Shown one piece after another: positions 1 to 9,267 of a DNA stretch of 64,000 bases (the stretch's first letter is position 1; every line of letters starts with the position of its first letter). Origin of the DNA: Gemmatimonadota bacterium (GTDB taxonomy: Bacteria; JAAXHH01); contig JAPPBT010000005.1 in NCBI GenBank assembly GCA_026702745.1, positions 15,387 to 79,386 of the forward strand, written 5' to 3'. The translations under genes were made by a program, and so were the position numbers. A model generated the notes under the pieces. It was not told the origin of the DNA. It did not search any database and saw nothing but the letters and a program-made list of their open reading frames with translations.

Positions 1-441
1 GGTGGATCGGACGACGCCCTCGACGTTACGCAGGAAGCCTTTGTCAAGGCCTACACCACGCTCACCGGAAAGTACGACGCGGAGCGCTGCCGGACGCTCG
101 AAGTCCGTCCCTGGCTGTACCGCATCGTCCGGAACCTGGCGCTGAACAGGCTGAGGTCGCGCAAACGAAGAGACGACGCACTGGTCAGCATGAAGGGCAA
201 CTTGCCTGCACAGGTTGTCGACACCGGAAACGAACGGTCACGGACGAGCACGATCCGGGCGGCCCTCGCTGTGCTGGGAAGGGAAAGCCGGGAACTGATC
301 ATCCTGCGCTTCATCGAGCAGTACACGTACGCGGAAATCGCGACGGTCACCGGCTCTTCGGAATCGGCGCTGCGGGGCAAGGTATACCGGGCGCTGCGTA
401 AACTTCGCAAGATCATGGAGGATGACCCTGGTGGATATTAA
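1..441 (+). CDS. ECF-type RNA polymerase sigma-70 factor (5' end lies outside the window)
   Basis: Frame 1 is open from base 1 (DALDVTQEAFVKAY...PWLYRIVRNLALNRLR, region 2) into ORF 190..441 (RELIILRFIEQYTYAEIATVTGSSESALRGKVYRALRKLR, region 4.2). Confidence 0.9.
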   Translation, partial: GGSDDALDVTQEAFVKAYTTLTGKYDAERCRTLEVRPWLYRIVRNLALNRLRSRKRRDDALVSMKGNLPAQVVDTGNERSRTSTIRAALAVLGRESRELIILRFIEQYTYAEIATVTGSSESALRGKVYRALRKLRKIMEDDPGGY

Positions 442-1321
442 CGAAGCGAGACAGTACCTGGATCGAATCAGGACCGGCGAGGCGGACGACGAGGCCAGCC
501 AGTCCGTGGCGAAACACCTGGAAAGGTGCGCGGATTTGCGCGAAGAGGCCGCTTTTCTGGAAGAACTTGCCGTGGATTCTCCCAAACTGAAAATGACCGC
601 TCCCGCAGGGATCGAGGAGGAAGTGATGATCAGGATTGCAGACCGATACGATGTGATCGACACGGATTTCGGATCGGCACACGTTGGGTTCACACCCAAA
701 GGCATTTCAGCGGTTAAACTCGACGTGGAAGAGGACGGCGCCTTCGAATCCTACTACAAAGACAGATTGGGGCGGCCTGCGGTCAGAGGTTCGCTCCCCG
801 AAGCGTATGCCGAAGCGGTCAGGCGGGCCATAAGAGGAGAGAAGATCGCCAAGCCACCGGTCACGCTGGAAGGGTTGACCGATTTTGAACAGACCGTGCT
901 CGAGCACCTGGCCAGGATTCCGACGGGCGAGGTACGACCCTATGCCTGGCTGGCCCGGGAAGTGGGCCGGCCGAAGGCTATCCGGGCCGTCGGGACCGTC
1001 ATGGCTCGCAATCCCGTTCCCTTCCTGATGCCCTGCCACCGTCTCGTTCCTACGACAGGAGGCGTCGGGAACTACTACTACGGACCGGAAATGAAATGGA
1101 CGCTGCTGGAGCGGGAAGGGATTCCACGGGAAGACCTGGCGAACTGGAAGCAGCGCGGGGTTCGCTTCATCGGCAGCCGGACGACCGGCATCTACTGCTA
1201 TCCGACCTGCCGCGACGCCCGGCGCGTTCAGCCGCGGCACCGGCTGGAATTCAGCTGTACGGAGGAAGCGGTGGACAGCGGATACCGGCCGTGCAAACAC
1301 TGCAGGCCGCTGGGGATGTAG
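422..1321 (+). CDS. Methylated-DNA--protein-cysteine methyltransferase fusion: anti-sigma-like N-terminus, Ogt domain and C-terminal Ada zinc-binding domain
   Basis: PCHR active site (NPVPFLMPCHRLV); C-terminal GIYCYPTC...GYRPCKHCRP matches the Ada metal-binding domain; N-terminal HLERCADL resembles a degenerate zf-HC2; overlaps the sigma gene by 20 bp. Confidence 0.9.
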   Translation: MTLVDINEARQYLDRIRTGEADDEASQSVAKHLERCADLREEAAFLEELAVDSPKLKMTAPAGIEEEVMIRIADRYDVIDTDFGSAHVGFTPKGISAVKLDVEEDGAFESYYKDRLGRPAVRGSLPEAYAEAVRRAIRGEKIAKPPVTLEGLTDFEQTVLEHLARIPTGEVRPYAWLAREVGRPKAIRAVGTVMARNPVPFLMPCHRLVPTTGGVGNYYYGPEMKWTLLEREGIPREDLANWKQRGVRFIGSRTTGIYCYPTCRDARRVQPRHRLEFSCTEEAVDSGYRPCKHCRPLGM

Positions 1322-1350
1322 ATACGGGGATGTAGATACAATGTAGATAC
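1312..1350. repeat. Short tandem duplication (GGGGATGTAGATAC x2 plus a partial copy) that includes the stop codon of the Ogt/Ada gene
   Basis: Read directly from the sequence. Confidence 0.85.
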
Positions 1351-2183
1351 TACCGATTACGCGGAGGAATCCGGTCGCCAACCGGCCTGGGAATGGGCCT
1401 CCAGTAACCCGAGGGATCACTGCCCCGGCAGATTACGGCCCGGTGGTATTCCGGGTAGCGGCCCCGCACGTCCGGCGGCAGGTACCGGATCGTCAGGCCG
1501 CAACGCCGACGGTCGGATACGTTCGGTTCGGAACCGTGCAGCAGCAGGTCGGTGTGCATGGAGATCTGCCCCGCCTTCATGACGAAGGGCACGGGATCTC
1601 CGCCCCACCTAAGCGGGTCCGTTACGGTCTGGCCCAGCACGTTCCGTTCGGCCTTCGTACTGTTCTCGAAGGGGATCTGCCCGTGCAGGTGGGAACCGGG
1701 GATGACCGTCATGGGCCCGTTTTCTTCGTCCACGTCGTCGATGGCCAGCCAGATCGTCACCACCTTGCTCGGGGTCAGGGGCCAGTAGGACGCGTCCTGG
1801 TGCCAGCTCACCCGCTGCACGTCGCCCGGCATCTTGCAGAAATAGTGGGTCATCTCGCAGATCAGCGTCTCCCCGACCAGGTCTTCCGCGTAGGCCAGTA
1901 TCCGCTCGTTCATGGTAAGATTGTAGATCCCCTCGCAATGCCGCTGCCATCCGTTGATCGAGTAGCTGTTGTATCCTTCCTGATCGGCGCGGGCCATAAG
2001 GTCTTCGAAATACAGGCGGTTCTCTTCGGCCTCCTGCGGGGTAAAGACATCGAGGGGGCAGAGATACCCGTTCGCGTTGAAGAAGTCGACCTGTTCGCGG
2101 GAAAGTGTTTTGGGGTGCTCGTTTCTTGCCGGGAAAAACCGCAGTTCCCGCTTCATTTCGGGCAAAGCATCGGTGATGGGCAT
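1350..2183 (-). CDS. Phytanoyl-CoA dioxygenase (PhyH) family Fe(II)/2OG dioxygenase
   Basis: FFNANGYL N-terminus, WHQD and LLHGS iron triad, TIWLAIDDVDEENGPM. Confidence 0.9.
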   Translation of the reverse strand: MPITDALPEMKRELRFFPARNEHPKTLSREQVDFFNANGYLCPLDVFTPQEAEENRLYFEDLMARADQEGYNSYSINGWQRHCEGIYNLTMNERILAYAEDLVGETLICEMTHYFCKMPGDVQRVSWHQDASYWPLTPSKVVTIWLAIDDVDEENGPMTVIPGSHLHGQIPFENSTKAERNVLGQTVTDPLRWGGDPVPFVMKAGQISMHTDLLLHGSEPNVSDRRRCGLTIRYLPPDVRGRYPEYHRAVICRGSDPSGYWRPIPRPVGDRIPPRNR

Positions 2184-2412
2184 GGGTGGGTCCCCACTGA
2201 AAGTACCGACGGGCGAATTCTGTAAGCTACCGCTGTTTCGATGGAGAATATAGCGACATGGGGGGTGGTAGACAACACTGATTGCAACATGGATACACCT
2301 GGAATAGAGCGGACATCTTTATTCCAAAGTAAATGTCATCAATTTGACCACACACGTCACATCATCCGGTTTTTGCCTCAACCGGTTATCTGACTGAAAG
2401 GAGCATCCAACC

Positions 2413-3840
2413 TTGAAACGCGGCACAGCCTCCCTTCTCAGGACCACCACGGAACACGCCCTGAAATGGATCGACGGTCTCGACCACCGGCCAGTCGCGG
2501 CGTTGACCACAATTGATGAGTTACGTCAACGTCTGGACGGACCGATTCCCAATGGTCCTTCGGACGACGAATCCGTCATCAACGAACTTGTATCCCACAC
2601 CGATGGGGGACTGATCGGATGTCCCGGTGGACGATTCTTCGGTTGGGTCATCGGTGGTACGCATCCAGCCGCGCTGGCGGCGGACTGGCTTGTGTCGACC
2701 TGGGACCAGAACGCCGCGTTGGCGGCCTGCTCTCCCGCGGAAGCCGTTATCGAAGAGACCGCCGGACGATGGCTAATCGAGTTGCTTGGCCTGCCCGGCG
2801 ACTCGTCCTTCGCGTTCACATCGGGTTGCCAACTCGCCCATTTGACGGCACTCGCAGCCGCCCGACGTCATTTGCTGGTGGGGTGCGGACACGATCCGGA
2901 ACGAGACGGACTCGCCGGCGGACCCCGCATGCATGTAGTATCGGGCACGCATGGCCATCACTCCGTGGAAAGGGCCGTTCGCCTACTGGGCATTGGATCT
3001 CGGCATCTGCACTTGGTACCCACCACCGATGGCTGCATAGATCCGCTTGCCCTGGGTGCACAACTGGATGCGTTGGGCGATGCGCCCGTTGCGGTGTGTC
3101 TGTCAGCCGGCGACATCAATACGGGCAACTTCGATGACTTCCGCACCGTGATTCCCCTGTGTCGCGTGCGCGACAACACGTGGGTACATGTGGACGGTGC
3201 CTTCGGCCTGTGGGCCAGGGTGTCAGCGCGTTTTTCTCATCTGCTCGACGCAGTGGAAACGGCCGATTCGTGGGCAACCGATGGACACAAGTGGCTCAAT
3301 ACGCCGTTCGACATTGGATTCGTGGCCGTTCGCCATCCCGAGTCCCATCGCGACGCGATAAGCATACGGGCCTCGTACCTGACCCATGGCTCTGCGCGAG
3401 ACCAGCTCGACTGGAACCCGGAATGGTCGCGGCGTGGCCGCGGCGTTCCCGTGTATGCGGTCGTCAAAGCCCTCGGCCGGCAGGGCATCGCCGACATAGT
3501 GAACCGGTGTTGCGACGCGGCGGCGGGTTTGGTTGAGGGGATCGGGTCGCTTCCCGGTGCCGAAATACTCTCCCCGGCGGTCATCAACCAGGGACTGGTG
3601 CGTTTCCTGGACCCAGCAGGTACAGACCACGACCGATTCACTGACCAGGTAATTAACCGTATTCAGTCGGAGGGAACCGCGTGGTTCGGAGGTACCGACT
3701 GGTGTGGGATGCGCGCGATGCGGATCAGCGTCTGTTCCTGGGCTACCCTGGCCTCCGATGTTGAAAAAACCGTGGATGCCGTGCGTCGGATCCTGGACGC
3801 CATGCACAGTGCCGTTGACTCAGATACGTATAAGCCGTAA
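2413..3840 (+). CDS. PLP-dependent group II amino acid decarboxylase family protein
   Basis: WVHVDGAFG and WATDGHKWLN (PLP lysine); TTG start with GAAAGGAG ribosome-binding site. Confidence 0.88.
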   Translation: MKRGTASLLRTTTEHALKWIDGLDHRPVAALTTIDELRQRLDGPIPNGPSDDESVINELVSHTDGGLIGCPGGRFFGWVIGGTHPAALAADWLVSTWDQNAALAACSPAEAVIEETAGRWLIELLGLPGDSSFAFTSGCQLAHLTALAAARRHLLVGCGHDPERDGLAGGPRMHVVSGTHGHHSVERAVRLLGIGSRHLHLVPTTDGCIDPLALGAQLDALGDAPVAVCLSAGDINTGNFDDFRTVIPLCRVRDNTWVHVDGAFGLWARVSARFSHLLDAVETADSWATDGHKWLNTPFDIGFVAVRHPESHRDAISIRASYLTHGSARDQLDWNPEWSRRGRGVPVYAVVKALGRQGIADIVNRCCDAAAGLVEGIGSLPGAEILSPAVINQGLVRFLDPAGTDHDRFTDQVINRIQSEGTAWFGGTDWCGMRAMRISVCSWATLASDVEKTVDAVRRILDAMHSAVDSDTYKP

Positions 3841-3850
3841 ATAACCATGT

Positions 3851-4663
3851 ATGGACGATACCACGAACAGGGCACTTCACTCGCTTGATCTCGCTCCGGG
3901 CGCGTCGCTGGATGACGTGAAGAAATCGTACCGGGAACTGGCGCTGATCTGGCATCCGGACAAAGTGCCCGAACGGGTGAAAGACCGGGCTACCGCCAAG
4001 TTTACGGAGATCAACGAGGCATACCAGTGGCTCGTTCGAAATCCGGAGAACCTGCGGATGTATTCGACTCACAGGTCAACTTCGCAGCGGCAGTCTCCTC
4101 CTCACTATCGTTCTTCCTCGCAATCTTCCCGTACACGAACGGAGTATTCCCGGTCCGGCGCGTCAGGTCGAGCCTCACAGTCTGGTGCCTCCTGGACCGA
4201 CGCCTCCAGCGGCACGGGATCCGGGTCGTCGTCCGATCCTGCTGTTCAGCGTGTCCGACAGGCCGCTCGTGGCATCTTGACCGATGCCAGGGCCGGCCTG
4301 TACGTCTACCCCGATATCGACCCCGACCGGGCGGCGAACTTCGTCGTTTCGCTGCAGCGTGACATACGTTTCAGCGGTGTGGCCGCGACAGTGAACGACC
4401 TGCTGGTGTTTTACGATATCGACGGTTCCGGCGAGGAAGGCATGGCCATCACCCGGTCGAACCACCTGGTCAACAACAACACCGGGACCCTCTATGACAT
4501 CGGCGAGCTGGTGGAAGTCCGTTTGAAGGAAGGGTTCTTCTTCTGGAGCGAGATCGTGGTGCGCAGACTGGGAAGCAGGAAGTTCGAACTCGCGGGTTAT
4601 GCGGAAAATGGACCGGGACGGGCGCTGGTGAGTATTCTCGGAAACCTGATAGGAAATGACTGA
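3851..4663 (+). CDS. J-domain (DnaJ-type) protein with a Ser-rich linker and an uncharacterised C-terminal domain
   Basis: DVKKSYRELALIWHPDK (HPD motif) and FTEINEAYQWL. Confidence 0.85.
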   Translation: MDDTTNRALHSLDLAPGASLDDVKKSYRELALIWHPDKVPERVKDRATAKFTEINEAYQWLVRNPENLRMYSTHRSTSQRQSPPHYRSSSQSSRTRTEYSRSGASGRASQSGASWTDASSGTGSGSSSDPAVQRVRQAARGILTDARAGLYVYPDIDPDRAANFVVSLQRDIRFSGVAATVNDLLVFYDIDGSGEEGMAITRSNHLVNNNTGTLYDIGELVEVRLKEGFFFWSEIVVRRLGSRKFELAGYAENGPGRALVSILGNLIGND

Positions 4664-4864
4664 TCGTAGAGCAAGCTATGTACGCTCAATGTCCGAACCG
4701 AACGTTCGGTCAAGGTCCTCCGGTGGTGGATTAGAGGAGGGCATTTTGCCCTGTGCCTGTATCGCCTGAATACGATTGGAACGCATAACGGCCTCTATTA
4801 CGCCCCCATAACGCTTTGTCGCGCCCCTATCGCGCTCCTGTCGCCCCCCCCCCTATCGCGCCCC

Positions 4865-5060
4865 CCTGCTTGAGTACCCAGCGTGTCGCCGGTCCGCGAT
4901 TCCTGGTCTCGACCAGCCGTTTGTCTCTCAACTCCTCCAGAGGTCTGCGCACCTGGCGTTCGCTGACGCCAGAACCTGAGCGAGCGTGAAGATCGCGGCG
5001 CGTCAGCCCTCCTCTTCGCGATTATGCAAAACGAGAACCTCAGCATACCAGTTTGTGGAA
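4865..5060 (-). pseudogene. Probable remnant of a C-terminal winged-helix domain
   Basis: My minus-strand translation gives GLTRRDLHARSGSGVSERQVRRPLEELRDKRLVETRNRGPATRWVLK. There is no in-frame start, an upstream in-frame stop, and the frame runs into a low-complexity C-rich repeat. Confidence 0.45.
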
Positions 5061-5111
5061 CGACCTCGGCGATCACCCGATTCCGGCACGAACTGCCCGG
5101 GTTAAATAACG

Positions 5112-7280
5112 CTATTCCATCAGCACATTCCTGAACCGGGCAATCGTCTCCTCGTCCAGGTCTTCGATCTGCACTTTGCCGGTTTCGAGCTCATACAGTA
5201 GATTATCCAGATGCCGGTCGCGGTTCTTGAGGCGCTTAAAATCGGCCGTGGTCATATCCCTGTGGATGAGTCGCAGCTGCTCCCGCTGCTCCGAAGTCGG
5301 ATAGGTAAACCGCAACTCGAAACGCCGCGCTTTCAGTTTTTCGTACTCAGATTTCAACATGGCCATGGATTCGCCGAAACCAAGCACGCGAACCCACGCT
5401 TTGCTCCGCGTTATCGCCGTAAACAGGCCGATTCGTACACTCGCCAGATTACGTACCGCTGAATGGCAGTCCTGGGCATTGATGATATAGACCATGCCGG
5501 CTTCGTTGCCCTTGGCGCGGTGAACCCCGGTCAGGGTCACCGATGCTTTGCCCGGTCGAAAGAAGGTATTCGGATCCGTGTCGACTCCGGCGAGATGGGA
5601 TCTGATGCCCATTTCCTTCAAACGTCTGCGTATCGGCTCGACGGTCAGGCGTGTCGAAAGAGGATCGGGGTTGATGACCATGATGTCGTCGTGTCGCAGT
5701 TCGTCTTTACCGAGGTTTTCGGCGATGGCCTCCGTCAGCCATTCCGTCTGTTCGTCTGCGTTCCTGAAGGTGATAAAACAGATCAGGTCATCGGGATCGG
5801 AATGGACTTCCAGAAACCCAGGACTTGTGTCCTCCGTACGGTCAAGCGTAACGGCCGAACCGTCGCGCAATGCACCGGCCCGCACCCTGTAACCGATATC
5901 CTCCCAGATATGTGCCCGATCGAACATCTGGACCAGGCCGGTTTTCGTCCCATGGGACGGTTTCCGGTATACCCCGAATCCGAGGGCAAAAGCCGTGGCT
6001 AAAACCTGCTTCGAATTGCGGTAACATTTCGACAGCATGATATCACGCTGCGGTTCGGGATGACCGGTGTCGTCAAATCGCACTTTGGGCGATCCATTCT
6101 CGTTCTTCCCGAAAATCTCCTCTGGAGAAGGCAGGGAACTGCCTCGAAGACTCTGCAGTTCGTCATAGGCGTACACCAGTCTCCCGGGGTGTTTGAGCAG
6201 TTTGTAGCAAAGCCTCAGAAACATGGGCGGTAAATCCTGCGCTTCGTCGACAAATATCGCGTCGTAGACCGGTTCGCGTTCTTGTGCATAAGCAAGGGCG
6301 TATTCGCACGCCCCTTCGAACTCCCTGCCGGGTCCGAATTTGCTGCGCGCCCTTCCGAAATCGAGGAATGCCATGCCGTGCAGTCGACAGAACTCGTGGT
6401 AGATCCCCTCGTGGTCTTTACCCCGCCAGGAACCCCAGGCGTTTACAATACGCAGCCTGTCCCAGTCAGGCTCTTCGCCGGTCTGGTCTATGAAGAAATG
6501 GTTGGTCAGGCGACGAAAATGATCCTTGAGGGAACGTGAATTGAAGGTGACTGCGATGCGCCAGTCAGGATGATGCACGTGGAGATTGGCCGCTTTCAGC
6601 GCCAGTACGATGGTTTTGCCCGAACCCGCCAGACCACGAATGCGTTGTACGCCCTCGACCGTTTCTATGACAGTTTGACTTTGGATGTTGTCCAGTGTCG
6701 CGATCGATTTCTCGAGTTTTTCCAGCTTCGCGCCGCGCGAGTCCTCCTCCGTTACGCTCCGGCCGATTCCGCTTTTACGAACCGTGGCAATGTGCTCGAT
6801 TGCCGACAGCACCTTCTCACACATATCCTGCATATCCTGGCCATGGGGACCTGACCAGGTGAACCGGTTTAACGCCTCTATGAGTGAGGAAGCGTTCGCG
6901 AGCGGGTAATCGTCGATTCGGCATGAATCCGGGTTCCTCAATGCGGGGGCGAATGAGATGGTATGGATGGGAACCATGAGGTCCCGTCGCTGCATCAGTT
7001 CCTTGTGTACCTTAAGCCGGGCTTCGAGCTTGTTTGCCGCATCGTCCTGCCGCGCTCCGTAATCACCCGTATCGTGTCCCTCGATGAGATCGAAAACGAC
7101 CACACCCATATCTGCCGAAACCAGCAGGGCGTCAATCATCCTGAGTCCTTCGGACGTGCTGTAAATCGGATATCCGATGAACAGTCGCCCCGACCAAGTG
7201 GTCTGCTGGGAAACGATCTCTACCAGGGCATCGCTTGAGACGGGCTTCTGGCTGGTACCTCGAACGATATCCACACTCAT
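5112..7280 (-). CDS. Superfamily I DNA/RNA helicase (UvrD-like) with an N-terminal nuclease-related domain
   Basis: Walker A GLAGSGKT, Walker B FVDEAQD, YDELQSL, KCYRNS, VHRAKGNE, LFTAITRSK. Confidence 0.88.
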   Translation of the reverse strand: MSVDIVRGTSQKPVSSDALVEIVSQQTTWSGRLFIGYPIYSTSEGLRMIDALLVSADMGVVVFDLIEGHDTGDYGARQDDAANKLEARLKVHKELMQRRDLMVPIHTISFAPALRNPDSCRIDDYPLANASSLIEALNRFTWSGPHGQDMQDMCEKVLSAIEHIATVRKSGIGRSVTEEDSRGAKLEKLEKSIATLDNIQSQTVIETVEGVQRIRGLAGSGKTIVLALKAANLHVHHPDWRIAVTFNSRSLKDHFRRLTNHFFIDQTGEEPDWDRLRIVNAWGSWRGKDHEGIYHEFCRLHGMAFLDFGRARSKFGPGREFEGACEYALAYAQEREPVYDAIFVDEAQDLPPMFLRLCYKLLKHPGRLVYAYDELQSLRGSSLPSPEEIFGKNENGSPKVRFDDTGHPEPQRDIMLSKCYRNSKQVLATAFALGFGVYRKPSHGTKTGLVQMFDRAHIWEDIGYRVRAGALRDGSAVTLDRTEDTSPGFLEVHSDPDDLICFITFRNADEQTEWLTEAIAENLGKDELRHDDIMVINPDPLSTRLTVEPIRRRLKEMGIRSHLAGVDTDPNTFFRPGKASVTLTGVHRAKGNEAGMVYIINAQDCHSAVRNLASVRIGLFTAITRSKAWVRVLGFGESMAMLKSEYEKLKARRFELRFTYPTSEQREQLRLIHRDMTTADFKRLKNRDRHLDNLLYELETGKVQIEDLDEETIARFRNVLME

Positions 7281-7312
7281 GACGATTCCTTCCGGTTGGT
7301 CGCTTACACAGT

Positions 7313-7356
7313 CGCACTACGCACGCACTACGCACGCACTACGCACGCATTACCCA
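7313..7356. repeat. 11-bp tandem repeat CGCACTACGCA (3 exact copies plus 1 degenerate) upstream of the helicase
   Basis: Read directly from the sequence. Confidence 0.9.
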
Positions 7357-7612
7357 CTCGCCATGCACGCGTTTTCAGCGGTCCGCAAGCGACGGTTCTT
7401 ACGCAGTCCGCTGCAGCGAGGCCGGGCCTGGCCGGCTGTCCGTACAGACTGCGTTCTCAGGGTTGTGTAATTGATTAGTAGGGAAAAACGGGGGATTCTT
7501 GTAAGAAAAGACCAGCTGGTGGGATGTTTTCAGTTATCCTGTTGCTGTCTATGAGGTAGCCGGGCATGAAGGCTGTGCAGGTGGGTTGGGGTATCGCGCT
7601 CGGTGAGCGAGG

Positions 7613-8032
7613 TCACGGCGTCTTCCACGGATTTACCGTATCGACACCGAGGTCATCGAAGTGCCTGTCGTTCCGGGTGACGACCGCAAGGCTGTGCGCT
7701 TTGGCGGTACCCGCGACGAGTGCATCGCCGAGATCCAGATTACGTCCGGCTTTGCGGGCTCGTGCCCTGAGCTCGGCCGACCACTCCGCTCCCAATCTAT
7801 CCAAGGGCAATATGCGGTCTTCGTAGATCCGCACTACCGCCGCCAGCATCTCAGTCAAACGTTCCCGACGGCGACCTTGCGGGAGTAGCCGGACTCCGTA
7901 CTCGATCTCATGTATAAGGATTGTTGACAACCAGAAGTCTTCGTTTTCTGACAGAAACGCCACCACGCCTTTGTCAGGAGCGGCCCTCGTCAGTTCCGAA
8001 ACGACATTTGTATCCAGCAGGTACCCGCTCAT
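7613..8032 (-). CDS. vapC: Type II TA toxin, PIN-domain VapC family
   Basis: YLLDTNVVSEL...HEIEYG...DALVAGTA...VVTRNDRHF; 4-bp overlap with the antitoxin gene. Confidence 0.92.
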   Translation of the reverse strand: MSGYLLDTNVVSELTRAAPDKGVVAFLSENEDFWLSTILIHEIEYGVRLLPQGRRRERLTEMLAAVVRIYEDRILPLDRLGAEWSAELRARARKAGRNLDLGDALVAGTAKAHSLAVVTRNDRHFDDLGVDTVNPWKTP

Positions 8033-8313
8033 GCTTCATCGTCGTCAGCGAATGGCGTCTTGCGATTGGTGCTGCGGTCCGGTAGGGTCAGTTTGGCGCC
8101 GCGCGGAATGTTTTCCAACAGCCACTGACCGAGCGCTTTCCGCGGACCTTCCTCACGCCCTCGCCAGACACGTTCCGGAATCACGACGAACGGTCTGCGC
8201 GTTCCGATGCGCTGCGGGCCCTCTTCTTCCGACAAACGCAGAATCTCGGACAGCCGCGCCTTGGCCTCGGATACCTTCCAGACTCGTGAAGGTTTAGCTT
8301 CGTACTGATTCAA
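8029..8313 (-). CDS. Phd/YefM family antitoxin
   Basis: WKVSEAKARLSEILR...GPQRI; TTG at 8313 is preferred over 8343 because it has an upstream AAGGGTGG and fits the promoter position. Confidence 0.85.
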   Translation of the reverse strand: MNQYEAKPSRVWKVSEAKARLSEILRLSEEEGPQRIGTRRPFVVIPERVWRGREEGPRKALGQWLLENIPRGAKLTLPDRSTNRKTPFADDDEA

Positions 8314-8342
8314 AGTACCACCCTTTATGTTCGTACCGGACA

Positions 8343-8391
8343 ATTATGGACCATTATGGACTATAATATTAAAACCTATTGCATATGTCAA
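8343..8391 (-). promoter_or_regulatory. Sigma-70 promoter (TTGACA-17-TATTAT) with two ATTATGGAC direct repeats as a likely TA operator
   Basis: -35 at 8386-8391, -10 at 8363-8368, repeats at 8343-8351 and 8353-8361. Confidence 0.7.
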
Positions 8392-8583
8392 GGGAAGTAA
8401 GTTCGATCATAAACCTTGAGGTTATCTAGCTGGCGGGGCCACCTTCAACCTGACTGTTAGGGTTCCAGTGCCGCCCGTCTCATGAGTGTATCCCCGTATT
8501 CACGGCGATCCTGTTCACGGAAGTCAGCGCCTGCGTCAGGTTGTCGTAACCGTTCTGTTAATTCCTGAACACCAAGTCTGCGT

Positions 8584-9267
8584 TCACACCGGCCACTGTT
8601 CCTTCCGATATCCCATGTCCCAGAACATCCACTCGTACCGGCTGGTCGTGACGTAATGCCCCAGCATGGCCTCGCGGTCCTCTAAGGGAAGCCCGTGCGC
8701 GACGCGGTTCGTGATCTCGAGAACGGCGACGACACACTCGGCGAACTGCTCGCCGGCGTAGGTGTCGATCCACTGCTGGTACATGGGATCCGGCGATCCC
8801 TTCTCGGCCAGCGCCTTGCCCACTTCCCAGTAGATCCAGTAGCAGGGGAGCACCACGGCCACGACCTCGTGGAAAGGCCGGCCGTAGGCCACGGAAAGCA
8901 GGTAGCTCGTGTAGGCCTGGCATACCGGCGCCTTGGGCGTGGCCCAGACCTCTTCCGACGACAGCCCGAAGACGTCGAAGAAGTTCTCCTGCATGGCCCG
9001 TTCTTCCACGAGACATCCCTTGGCGTGCTCGTTGAAGAGGATGATGGTGTCCTCGTCCGGGGCCTTCACCGCGGCGAGGCTCAGGGCCCGGGCGTAGTCC
9101 TTGAGATACAGCGCGTCCTGGACGGTGTAGAATTCGAAAGCCGAACGGTCCAGGTCGCCAGAGGTAAGTCCCTTGATGAAGGGGTGGGCGAGTATGGCGT
9201 CGTAGATCGATACCGTCTCCGACCACATGAGATCGGTGATGGATCCTGTCGCCGATGCGGTCGTCAT
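8584..9267 (-). CDS. tenA: Thiaminase II / TenA family protein
   Basis: HPFIKGLTSGDL, YTVQDALYL, VLPCYWIYWEVG (catalytic Cys), YEWMFWD. Confidence 0.92.
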   Translation of the reverse strand: MTTASATGSITDLMWSETVSIYDAILAHPFIKGLTSGDLDRSAFEFYTVQDALYLKDYARALSLAAVKAPDEDTIILFNEHAKGCLVEERAMQENFFDVFGLSSEEVWATPKAPVCQAYTSYLLSVAYGRPFHEVVAVVLPCYWIYWEVGKALAEKGSPDPMYQQWIDTYAGEQFAECVVAVLEITNRVAHGLPLEDREAMLGHYVTTSRYEWMFWDMGYRKEQWPV

